Part shown: positions 9,885-18,175 of the stretch, piece by piece | Layout of the letters: each line of letters opens with the position of its first letter | Position numbering within the stretch: the stretch's first letter is position 1 | DNA from: Planctomycetota bacterium | GTDB lineage: Bacteria; Planctomycetota; SZUA-567; H5-PLA8 | Direction: 5' to 3' | DNA: 64,000 nucleotides | NCBI GenBank assembly: GCA_045863855.1 | Contig: BTVV01000019.1 | Location: 11,325 to 75,324, forward strand | Program-made: the position numbers and the translations under genes | The notes under the pieces: generated by a model | What the model was told of the DNA's origin: nothing | Databases searched by the model: none | Seen by the model: only the letters and a program-made list of their open reading frames with translations

Positions 9885-10562
9885 TCAATTCGCCGAACGA
9901 TCGGCGCCGGTTTCGAATGCCTGCCGCGGGCGCACACGCCAAAGCAGGAACTGGCCGCCCGCCAGCGCCAGCGCACCCCAAGCTCCGGCGTACCGGATGG
10001 GCGCGGTCTCGTACGAGAAAAGGCGATCCAGAAAAACCGGCCACGAAGTCAGCAGGGGTACGGCCAGGCAGTAGAAGACGAGCAACGATCCGCAGCCGGC
10101 CCCAATGTACGTGAGCGCGACGCCCAGCGCGTAGCACCAGCGCGGCGCAGCGCGCACATGTCCGCGGCGTGAAGCATGCAGGAAACTCACCACCAGCGCG
10201 GCGCCACCGGCCAAGCCGCCCAGCACTCCGTACGGTACAAGTTCATCCGGAGATAGCGCTTGGTAGGCGGTAAAGTAAAGCGCAAGCAGGAACGAGACGC
10301 CGATCAGATCGGTGGTGTAGAGCAGCGGTTGCGCATCCTGTTCTTCGGCGCGGCGGCGTCGCTCCAGGACCCACAGGCGCCAGGCGGCCAGGACCATCGC
10401 CGATCCGGATAGGCTCAGCGAGAACCAGCCGGATTGCGGGCGCGCGCCCACGCCGTAGAGGAAAAAGTATCCGACCATCACGAAGCCGGCCGAAGCGACG
10501 GACAGGATGCCCCACAGTACGGCGCGCTCGAAGTTTGGGTTCCAACCGATCCGCTTCGCCAA
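9885..10562 (-). CDS. Hypothetical multi-pass membrane protein
   Basis: About six hydrophobic segments; TTG start after GGGAG chosen to avoid overlap with the divergent DUF167 gene. Confidence 0.6.
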   Translation of the reverse strand: MAKRIGWNPNFERAVLWGILSVASAGFVMVGYFFLYGVGARPQSGWFSLSLSGSAMVLAAWRLWVLERRRRAEEQDAQPLLYTTDLIGVSFLLALYFTAYQALSPDELVPYGVLGGLAGGAALVVSFLHASRRGHVRAAPRWCYALGVALTYIGAGCGSLLVFYCLAVPLLTSWPVFLDRLFSYETAPIRYAGAWGALALAGGQFLLWRVRPRQAFETGADRSAN

Positions 10563-10635
10563 GACGCTCGCTCCCGGTACGCTTTGCTCATCGAGTCTTA
10601 TACCTGATACGCTTGAACGCGGCGCGGGGTTTGGC

Positions 10636-10935
10636 ATGAGCAGCGCGATGGAGTTTCCGATCAAGGCCGTCCCAGGCGGCGTGGAATTCGCCGTGCGCGC
10701 GACCCCCGGCAGCGCGAAATCCGGCGTGCGCGGATTGCACGGCGGCGCGCTGAAGGTCGCCGTGCAGGCTCCACCCGAAAAGGGCAAGGCGAACGAAGCC
10801 GTCGCCGAGGTGCTTGCCGCGTTTCTCGGCGTGCCGCCTCGAGCGGTAACCGTGGTGGCGGGGCACACGTCTCGCCAAAAACGGGTGCAGGTGCTGGGCG
10901 TAAATGCGGCGGCGGTGCGGCAACGGATGGCCTAA
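10636..10935 (+). CDS. DUF167 (YggU/UPF0235) family protein
   Basis: LKVAVQAPPEKGKANEAV..LA..LGVP....V.VVAGHTSRQK. Confidence 0.9.
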   Translation: MSSAMEFPIKAVPGGVEFAVRATPGSAKSGVRGLHGGALKVAVQAPPEKGKANEAVAEVLAAFLGVPPRAVTVVAGHTSRQKRVQVLGVNAAAVRQRMA

Positions 10936-10957
10936 CAGCCCAGCGTCCGGGAAGCGT

Positions 10958-12247
10958 CTAAGCGTACGTGAACGGTCCCCCGCCCTGCGCGGCGAGACGC
11001 TCGCGGACCTGGACGCCGCTCAAGGCCGCCACCGGCTGCTTCGAACGGACACTCAGCGCCGCCGCGCAACCGGCGGCTTCGCCCAGGGCCATGGCGGTGA
11101 CGGTTACGCGGGTGCTGCTGGCGGCCACGCGGTCGGCGGAGTGGCAGCGCCCTGCGACGAGGAGATTCTCCACGCCGCGCGCGACGAGGGAGCGGTACGG
11201 AATGTCGTAAGGCTGCGGCGGGACCACCTTCTCTTCCTTGGGATGCGCAGAGCCTTCGGTGGCTTTGTTGGGATGCAAATCGGTGTACCAACTGCCCGTG
11301 GCGATGGCGTCGTCGAAGTCCGTGCGCGCCCGAATCTCCTCGCCGCTCAACACATGCGCTCCGGCGATTCGGCGCGTTTCGCGCACGCCGATGTACGGAC
11401 CGCTGCCGATGAAGTAGCTCTCTTCGAAGCCCGGCACTTCGCGCTTCCATATCTGCCACATCGTCCACGCGTCGCGGCGGCCTTGCATTTCTGCGCGCGT
11501 GAGATCGAACGGATCGACCGCATCGCCGGGCACCCGCACGGCATGCACGTACGCCTCGTCCTTCGCAAAAGCATCGCAGAGTCCCGGGCCGTAGTAGTGG
11601 GGCAGTTCGCCCCGTGCGTGCGCGGACTTGACGGCCTCGCGGGCAAGCGTCCGCGTCTGCGGTTGATACCGGACGTTGCCGACCCGGAAGTGCATCGTCA
11701 TCGGCATGCGCTGCGGGTTGGGATCCAGCGGACAGTTCGAAAAGGCCGCGACATCGGCATCGCCGCTGGCGTCGATCACGACTTGGGGCTCGATGCGCAG
11801 GAGCCCCTGCTTGGTGGCGACGCGCACGGCTTCGATGCGTCCGGTGCGGACCTCGGTTTCGCAGGCCACCGCGTGAAAGAGCACGCGCACTCCGCCTTCG
11901 TTCAAGGCGTCGTCTGCGGCGAGCTTGAACTCGTCGATGTTGAAGAGCGCGATGCTGCCGTGGCGCGTCAGACCGCCGACGGCGGTCTTGATCTCTTCGA
12001 TCTGCTTCGCGCCGGCATGAGCGAGGCCCAAGCGTTCGCACAACTCTAGTGCGATGCCTTTGACCACCAGCCGCCCGGTGTGCCAGCAGGCGAAGCCGTC
12101 CATGAACGGGAGGCCGACAGCGGTGACGATGCCTCCGGCAAAGGGCGCGCGCTCGACGATGAGCACCTGCGCGCCTTCCCGCGCCGCACCCAACGCCGCG
12201 CCGAGCCCGGCGCAACCGCCGCCGCAGACCAACACATCGATTTTCAT
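10958..12247 (-). CDS. FAD-dependent oxidoreductase (FAD_oxidored family)
   Basis: DVLVCGGGCAGLGAA, IDASGDADVA, GVRETRRI, YDIPYRSL, NLLVAGRCHS, MALGEAAG. Confidence 0.9.
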   Translation of the reverse strand: MKIDVLVCGGGCAGLGAALGAAREGAQVLIVERAPFAGGIVTAVGLPFMDGFACWHTGRLVVKGIALELCERLGLAHAGAKQIEEIKTAVGGLTRHGSIALFNIDEFKLAADDALNEGGVRVLFHAVACETEVRTGRIEAVRVATKQGLLRIEPQVVIDASGDADVAAFSNCPLDPNPQRMPMTMHFRVGNVRYQPQTRTLAREAVKSAHARGELPHYYGPGLCDAFAKDEAYVHAVRVPGDAVDPFDLTRAEMQGRRDAWTMWQIWKREVPGFEESYFIGSGPYIGVRETRRIAGAHVLSGEEIRARTDFDDAIATGSWYTDLHPNKATEGSAHPKEEKVVPPQPYDIPYRSLVARGVENLLVAGRCHSADRVAASSTRVTVTAMALGEAAGCAAALSVRSKQPVAALSGVQVRERLAAQGGGPFTYA

Positions 12248-12306
12248 GAGCGGTTCCTTGAAGCATACGGCCGGTCTGCCCAACGGATCGGCCATCCCCG
12301 TTCAGG

Positions 12307-13065
12307 TCAGGCTTGCGGCGGATGCGGGAGAAAATCGTTCAGGCCGAAGCGGTCTTCGCCGCTCAGGAGCACGCACGAATGCCCGGGAAAGAGCGGCGGG
12401 CCGTCCTGGTAGACCTTCACGAAGGGCACCGAAAGGCGGATGGTCATGCCCATACGGCGGCGGTTCGAGACGTTCTTGTTGGACTGATGCAGCAGGCGCT
12501 CGTTGAATAGAAAGAACTCGCCGGGCTTGAGTTCCATGCTCACGGCTTTGGACTCGTCGATCAGCGACGCATCGGCGCTTTTGTCGAAGACTTGCTCGGC
12601 CGTGGTGGGGCGCTCGGGCAGTATCTTTTTGTGCGAGCCAGGGATGACGCGGACGCAACTGTTCTCGACGCTGACGGGATCGACGGCGATCCAGGCGGTG
12701 AGGTTCAGGGGGGGCTCGATGGGCCAGTATTGGAAGTCCTGATGCCACGGGATTTCCTTGCCCCCGGGTTCTTTGGTCCAGAAGTTGGTGCTCCAGCAGA
12801 GCAGATCCGGGCCGAGCAGGCTGCTGGCGCGCTCGACCAGGGCCGGCTTGTGGATCAGTTCATAGAGCCGGGCATCGTCGAGGTGCCGGCAATGACTGCG
12901 ATTCTTGGGATTGAGGCCGTCACGGGTCAAGACGCGGGCGTCGATGTGCGCGCGAAGGCGATCCATCTCGTCCGGCGCGCAGAGGGCAAAGGGCCCCAGG
13001 AAACCTTGCTCGTGGTAGCGGAGCACCTCGGCCTTGGACAGTCCTTCCGCGGTACAGGTGGGCAT
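12307..13065 (-). CDS. Phytanoyl-CoA dioxygenase (PhyH) family Fe(II)/2-oxoglutarate enzyme
   Basis: PWHQD (HxD), LTAWIAVD, IPGSH, LLHQS..N.S..RR. Confidence 0.9.
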   Translation of the reverse strand: MPTCTAEGLSKAEVLRYHEQGFLGPFALCAPDEMDRLRAHIDARVLTRDGLNPKNRSHCRHLDDARLYELIHKPALVERASSLLGPDLLCWSTNFWTKEPGGKEIPWHQDFQYWPIEPPLNLTAWIAVDPVSVENSCVRVIPGSHKKILPERPTTAEQVFDKSADASLIDESKAVSMELKPGEFFLFNERLLHQSNKNVSNRRRMGMTIRLSVPFVKVYQDGPPLFPGHSCVLLSGEDRFGLNDFLPHPPQA

Positions 13066-13181
13066 GCGTGATCCTTTCGTTCATGAACGGCGCCATTCGA
13101 ATGGGTTCAATTTATCTCTAATCGGTTATAGACTTCCATGGAGCCAAGCCGATAGTATTTGCACTTAAACGGAGATTATTT

Positions 13182-14033
13182 GTGCCTAGTGTAGGCCGCA
13201 TCAAAACGCGCGTACTGGACCCCGTCGCCTTCTTGGCGGCGCTCGCCGCGCCCCGCCACACGCTGGAGTTCTCCACCCACGGCTATTCCACCATCCCCAA
13301 AGAATGGATCGTGATGCCGCGCGCGATTCAGGAGCACCTCATCTATATGGTGGACGAACACGCGCTAGAAGGGCGCGTGGCGAACCGCCGCCTGCGTCTG
13401 GAAGCGGGCGACTTCGTCTGGATCAGCCCCGGCGTCCTGCACGAATTCGGGATCCCCCGCGGCGCGCCGCCGCCGCGCATGTACCACATGAAGATGACGA
13501 TTCGGCCGCGCGGCGGGCGCATCAGCCTGCGCTTGAAGCGCGACTGCATCCATCTGAAGCAGTCCGAAGCCTTGCAGCAGCCGCTCAAGGAGTTGCTTGA
13601 GGAAGCGCGGGGCGACCTGCCTTACGCCGATGCGCGGCGGAGGGCGGCGGCCGTGATGATGGCCACGCGGATGCTGCGCTTAGCCGGTGCGCGGCCGGCC
13701 GACGGACCGGCGCTGGACCTGCGCCAGCGCCGTCTGCTGGCGGAGTATGTAGAAGTGCGCGCAGCGCAGCGCCCGGCTCCCTCCGATCTGGCGGAGGTGC
13801 TGCGGCTGAATCCCGACTACTTCGCCCGGCTCTTCAAGCGGACCTACGGGATCGCGCCGCGCGAATGGCTGGTGCGTGAGCGGCTGCATGTGGCGGCGCG
13901 CCGGCTGCAATCCAGCGCGCTCTCGATCGGCGAAGTGGCCTATGCGCTGGGCTACCGTGATCTGTACCTGTTCAGCCGGCAGTTCAAGCAGGTCTTCGGG
14001 CGCAGTCCGCGGGCATTTCGGCGGGAGACGTAG
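13182..14033 (+). CDS. AraC family transcriptional regulator
   Basis: N-terminal cupin-like region; C-terminal YFARLFKR...IGEVAYALGYRDLYLFSRQFKQVFGRSPRAFR. Confidence 0.92.
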   Translation: MPSVGRIKTRVLDPVAFLAALAAPRHTLEFSTHGYSTIPKEWIVMPRAIQEHLIYMVDEHALEGRVANRRLRLEAGDFVWISPGVLHEFGIPRGAPPPRMYHMKMTIRPRGGRISLRLKRDCIHLKQSEALQQPLKELLEEARGDLPYADARRRAAAVMMATRMLRLAGARPADGPALDLRQRRLLAEYVEVRAAQRPAPSDLAEVLRLNPDYFARLFKRTYGIAPREWLVRERLHVAARRLQSSALSIGEVAYALGYRDLYLFSRQFKQVFGRSPRAFRRET

Positions 14034-14051
14034 CGTATCGCCGCCCGCCGC

Positions 14052-14738
14052 TCAGGCCCCGCGATCCGGTTCGGCATCGATCAGCAGATCGACGGCATCG
14101 GCGGCGGACCGGTACAAACTCGAGCGGGCGTGTTCGTACAGCGCATCGGCGACGCGGGAGACCCAGGGACGCAGATGCCGCTGTGCGAAGGAGGTGCAGC
14201 GCACCCGGCAGCGTTCGCGCTGCGTCTCGTCCCGGGCTTCGGCCAGATCGTTCCATTGCCGGGCGGCGACTTCGAGCGCGGCGCTGACGTGGTCGCAAGG
14301 CGCGCCCAATCGATCCACGCAATAGGTATCGCCGAAGGGGCACGGTTTGCCGGCCTCGTAGGGGCAGACGTCGTCGCAGACGTGGGCAAGGGCCGCTTCG
14401 TCGCATTGCGCGTGCGCATACGGAAGGGTGACGCGTTGCGCAGCGGCTTCGTCGAGGAAGAGGCGAAAGTCGGTCCAGGCGGCTTCCTGATGGCAACGCG
14501 ATACGGACGCCACACGGGCTTCCTGCGCCAGCATGCGAGCGGCGGCGCGAAGCACGTCCGGGCCGTGCGGAAGCTGGCCCAGCCGGTCGGCGATCGTATC
14601 GAGCATTTCGGGCTTCGGGGGCTGGCGAAAGAGTTCGGCCGCTGCGCCGTACAACGCAGCCCGACAGGCGGCATCGGGGCAGCGCGGCGCCGCCTCCTGC
14701 ACGGCTTTGAGCGAAACGGCGGCGGGCGTGAGGTGCAT
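14052..14738 (-). CDS. TorD/DmsD-like redox enzyme maturation chaperone, Cys-rich
   Basis: RAALYG..AELF..PP, PCDHVSAALE (PxDH motif), FAQRHLRPW, LY; AGGAGGA RBS before ATG 14738. Confidence 0.6.
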   Translation of the reverse strand: MHLTPAAVSLKAVQEAAPRCPDAACRAALYGAAAELFRQPPKPEMLDTIADRLGQLPHGPDVLRAAARMLAQEARVASVSRCHQEAAWTDFRLFLDEAAAQRVTLPYAHAQCDEAALAHVCDDVCPYEAGKPCPFGDTYCVDRLGAPCDHVSAALEVAARQWNDLAEARDETQRERCRVRCTSFAQRHLRPWVSRVADALYEHARSSLYRSAADAVDLLIDAEPDRGA

Positions 14739-14977
14739 GATGCTTCCTCCTATGAGGTTCACGTCCCGTACCGTTGAACCCGAAGCGCCTTCTCACCTTT
14801 AATAAACCCCATCTTTACGCACTTATCAAGATTTACGGATGTTCTTATGTGCTATAGAATTGGCGTAGCGGGCCAAGGGGAAATCGCAACGGCCCTGGGA
14901 TGAAGCGATGCCGCGACGCGCTACGCCAAGGGTGGCGCCATGCAAGGCCGATGCAACTCACGTGAGGCGCTGTGGCG

Positions 14978-16303
14978 TCAGCGGTCTTTGCGGCGCAGCA
15001 CCGCGGCAAAGAAGCCGTCGGCCCCGTGGCGGTGAGGTTGCACCTTCAAGAATTGCCCTTGGGGATCGGCCAGTTTACGGGCTCGCGCGCCGCCCAAAAT
15101 TTCGGCGATGGGCACCAGGCTGAAGCGTTCGTCGCGGAGCAGTCTTTCGACGACGCGTTCGTTCTCGTCGGGCAGCATGGAGCAAGTGGCGTAGATCATG
15201 CGGCCGTTGGGTTTGACCCAAGCCATCGCAGCGCGGGCGATGGCTTCCTGTTCGGGCGGCAGGCGGGTGAGCGCTTCGTCGTCGAAGCCCAGGCGCAACT
15301 CGGGATTGCGGCGGATGGCGCCGGTGCCGGTGCACGGCGCATCGACAAGGACGCGGGCGGCTTTGCCTTCCAAGTCGACCAGTTCTTTGGGCCATGGCCG
15401 GGCGAGGAGATCGGCCTTAATCGCGCGGTGGCAGAAGAGTCCGGCGCGGCGGGCGCGGCGTTTGAATTCGGTGAGCCGCCCGCTGTGGCGGTCGACGGCG
15501 ACGAGCATGCCCTTATTGCGCATCCAGGCGCCCAAGGCGAGCGTCTTGCCGCCGGCTCCGGCGCAGGCATCGACAACGAGCGTGCCCGACGCGGGCGCGA
15601 CGAGTTCGGCGACGAGCTGGCTGGCTTCGTCTTGAAATTCGACGCGGCCTTCGCGGTAGGCGGCGGTGGCGAACGGATCGCCGGGTCCTTCGAGGATCAG
15701 GGCGGTGGACGAGTGCTCCCCCGGTCTGACTTTGAGACCGGCGGCTTCGAGTTCGGCGGCGGCGGCTTCGCGGGTGGCCATCAAGGTGTTGACGCGCAGC
15801 GTGCGCGGCGCGGGCAGCGCCAAGCTTTCGGCGAGCGCTTCGGCCTCGTCGCCAAAAGCATCGAGGAACGCTTCGGCCAGCGGATCGGGAAAGCCGTACG
15901 TGAGGCCGAAGCGGCGCGCGGGATCGGCTTCTTCGGCGATGCGTTCGTCCACGGCGGCGACGGCGTCCCAGGCGACGCGGGGGAATTCGGCGGCGGCGGC
16001 TTCGGGGGTCAGCTTGCCGGTGACCACGCGCGAAGCGAGTAGCCAGGCGCGCTCGCGCAGCGGTCCGGCGTGCGGCGCTCCGGAGCCTTCCAGCGCGAAC
16101 TCCACTCGCCGGGCGTTACGGATCAAGGCGTAGAGTTCCTGCGTCACGCGGCCCTTGAAGGCCGGTGACGTGGGGCCGGCGGCGCGAAAGGCTTCGGCGA
16201 GCGCCTCGCTGGCCAAGCCGCCCCGCGCGACGGAATCCCAGAGTTCGAGCAGGATGGGATCGAGGTCGACGGGGCCTTTGGGGGGAGGGGTACGTGGCGG
16301 CAT
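14978..16303 (-). CDS. RsmB/NOP (Fmu/Sun) family RNA m5C methyltransferase
   Basis: FQDEASQL, DACAGAGGKT, VLVDAPCTGTG, YATCSML..ENE, DGFF. Confidence 0.93.
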   Translation of the reverse strand: MPPRTPPPKGPVDLDPILLELWDSVARGGLASEALAEAFRAAGPTSPAFKGRVTQELYALIRNARRVEFALEGSGAPHAGPLRERAWLLASRVVTGKLTPEAAAAEFPRVAWDAVAAVDERIAEEADPARRFGLTYGFPDPLAEAFLDAFGDEAEALAESLALPAPRTLRVNTLMATREAAAAELEAAGLKVRPGEHSSTALILEGPGDPFATAAYREGRVEFQDEASQLVAELVAPASGTLVVDACAGAGGKTLALGAWMRNKGMLVAVDRHSGRLTEFKRRARRAGLFCHRAIKADLLARPWPKELVDLEGKAARVLVDAPCTGTGAIRRNPELRLGFDDEALTRLPPEQEAIARAAMAWVKPNGRMIYATCSMLPDENERVVERLLRDERFSLVPIAEILGGARARKLADPQGQFLKVQPHRHGADGFFAAVLRRKDR

Positions 16304-16360
16304 CGGGGCATTGTGCCGGGAGGTTGGGATTGCGAAAGCGAAGGAACGTCAGGGGCTTAG

Positions 16361-16390
16361 CACCACGGAGACCGCAGAGAATGCGGAGAA
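16361..16390 (+). repeat. Nonamer-type intergenic repeat, left border of AT-rich cassette
   Basis: CAC-CACGGAGAC-CGCAGAGAA-TGCGGAGAA; related sequence in inverted orientation at 17156-17174. Confidence 0.5.
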
Positions 16391-16410
16391 CGGCGGAACG
16401 GGGGAAAGGC

Positions 16411-16689
16411 TTATAGACCCCAGGCAATAGCCAGAGTGCACAGGGCGAGGCAACCGATCGCCGCCCAACCGAAATACCAAGCCGTGCGGCGCAACTTCTG
16501 ACCATCCTTTGAAAACTCGTTCATCCCCTTCCAGAGGTAGGGATGCTTCCAGAATCCGTCCTTATGCTCAAATCGCGCGGCCAAAATCAAGCAGGCCATC
16601 ACGACCAGGCACACAAAGGCGAGCGATCCGGCTGCTACGGACCACATGGGAATTGCTCCATGCCCTGTCAGCTTTTCCCGTTGGCCCAT
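16411..16689 (-). CDS. Small two-TM hypothetical protein
   Basis: TM-loop(FSKDGQKLRRTA)-TM; AT-richer than flanks. Confidence 0.55.
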   Translation of the reverse strand: MGQREKLTGHGAIPMWSVAAGSLAFVCLVVMACLILAARFEHKDGFWKHPYLWKGMNEFSKDGQKLRRTAWYFGWAAIGCLALCTLAIAWGL

Positions 16690-16756
16690 GATTCATTTCG
16701 AGTAAGCAACACGTTTATTCTGAATTGAAGAGGCGATCCTAAATTCATCGAAAATT

Positions 16757-17011
16757 TCAATGGCTCGATAGCATATCCCATAGCCTGAACAATTGGCCTG
16801 CAACGGCAATCAATAGGAAAAAACCCGCGGCGCGGCGATACCGGACACCTAGCCGTGAACAGTCGCTGTCTTTTGAGAAAAAGGTACGCAATAAAGGAAC
16901 ATTATGATGCCTCTCGCGTTGTTCCTGACCTGCGAGGTAGAACGAAAATATTGCTATGCCTAACGCTGCACCAGAAATAATTGCACCTGTGACTGCCATC
17001 GGTCTGTTCAA
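16757..17011 (-). CDS. Small two-TM hypothetical protein
   Basis: TM-loop(FFSKD...LGVRYRRAA)-TM; AT-richer than flanks. Confidence 0.55.
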   Translation of the reverse strand: MNRPMAVTGAIISGAALGIAIFSFYLAGQEQRERHHNVPLLRTFFSKDSDCSRLGVRYRRAAGFFLLIAVAGQLFRLWDMLSSH

Positions 17012-17155
17012 ATCACGTCTACTTGAATGCTCACTCCAATTTAAGCATAGCCCTTCGTATTCCTACGTTCCACTCTGCATGTCTGCCGATAGCATCCACG
17101 CACTCATTGTTTGAATCTGGTTATTGAGCCTTCCTCGAGCCCGTCGAGCCGTGCA

Positions 17156-17174
17156 CCGCGTCTCGGCGGTGAAA
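17156..17174 (-). repeat. Nonamer-type intergenic repeat, right border (inverted)
   Basis: Minus strand reads TTTCACCGCCGAGACGCGG, similar to CACCACGGAGACCGCAG at 16361. Confidence 0.4.
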
Positions 17175-17178
17175 GAGC

Positions 17179-17916
17179 CTACGAGTCGTGCCCGGTGGGC
17201 CAGGCGTCTTGCGGTTCATAGCCCAGATATTGCTTGGCCGAGGCGATGCAGAAGCGGGTGCTGTGCAGCGGCTTGCTGGTGCCGAAGCAGACGACGTGGT
17301 CGAACGAGACCGTGGTCTCCACGGCGCAGGCAAATAGGCGGCCGGCGTCGCCGGGGCTGAGATAGATATCCTGACCGAAATCCCACTTCTTGATTTGGCT
17401 GATGTGTTCGGGCGTGCGCGGACACCAGCCCAGGCGGAGCGAGACGTTCTTCATCTTGTACTGGTGGGCGTAGGTCTGCGCGGCGGCTTCGCCCAGAAGT
17501 TTGCCGCTGGCGTACCAGTTCCGCGGCGTGGGCGGCATCTCGGGCGTGACGGGCCAGGGGCCGGGGTGGCCGGAGACGGTCTGTCCGGTGCTTGCAAAGA
17601 TGAAGCGTTTGACGCCGTTGAGGCGGCAGGCTTCGAGCACGTGGTAAAGACCCACGATGTTGTTGGGGAGGAGTTTGGAGAGAAAGTCATCCTCGTCGGG
17701 AACGGCGGCCAAGTGGCAGACGGCTTCGATCCCGCGCGTGGCGCGTTGGAGCGCCTGGAAGTCGGACAGATCGCCGGTCAGCGAATCTTCGACCCCGGGC
17801 GTAGGACGGATATCGAAGCCGCGGACCTTGTGTCCGCGTTCGAGCAACGTGCGGCAGACGGCTTGGCCGACGCGTCCGCCGGATCCGGTGACCAGGACGG
17901 CAAGGGGGCTGGGCAT
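17179..17916 (-). CDS. NAD(P)-dependent oxidoreductase (extended SDR, uronate dehydrogenase-like)
   Basis: VLVTGSGGRVG, HLAA, NIVGLYHVLEACR, FAST, YxxxK (WYASGK). Confidence 0.85.
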   Translation of the reverse strand: MPSPLAVLVTGSGGRVGQAVCRTLLERGHKVRGFDIRPTPGVEDSLTGDLSDFQALQRATRGIEAVCHLAAVPDEDDFLSKLLPNNIVGLYHVLEACRLNGVKRFIFASTGQTVSGHPGPWPVTPEMPPTPRNWYASGKLLGEAAAQTYAHQYKMKNVSLRLGWCPRTPEHISQIKKWDFGQDIYLSPGDAGRLFACAVETTVSFDHVVCFGTSKPLHSTRFCIASAKQYLGYEPQDAWPTGHDS

Positions 17917-17966
17917 GGCGAACGCGCTCCTTCTATTTCACGGCTGCTGGTAACGCATGGGCGCGA

Positions 17967-18001
17967 TAAACGGTAAACGGTGAAGGCTAAACGGTAAAGG
18001 G
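17967..18001 (+). repeat. Heptamer tandem repeat (TAAACGG-like, 5 units)
   Basis: TAAACGG TAAACGG TGAAGGC TAAACGG TAAAGGG. Confidence 0.7.
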
Positions 18002-18175
18002 GACGGCAATGGGGAAGGATGGAATTCGGAGGACCTTAAAGTCGAAAGGCATCAATCGTTGTTCTGCTTACGGCGTTTGCATTTAGCGCAAATTTGGGTA
18101 GCACTAGCGCCTTGTCCTAGCTTCCTCCTACGTTACGCCCAATTTAGGGCAGCCATTCCTATAAGGGGTCTAGCG

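Noticed and set aside
14763..14977. Moco riboswitch or FNR box upstream of the TorD-like gene
   Set aside because: No recognisable Moco-RNA conserved segments; only a TTGAT half-site.
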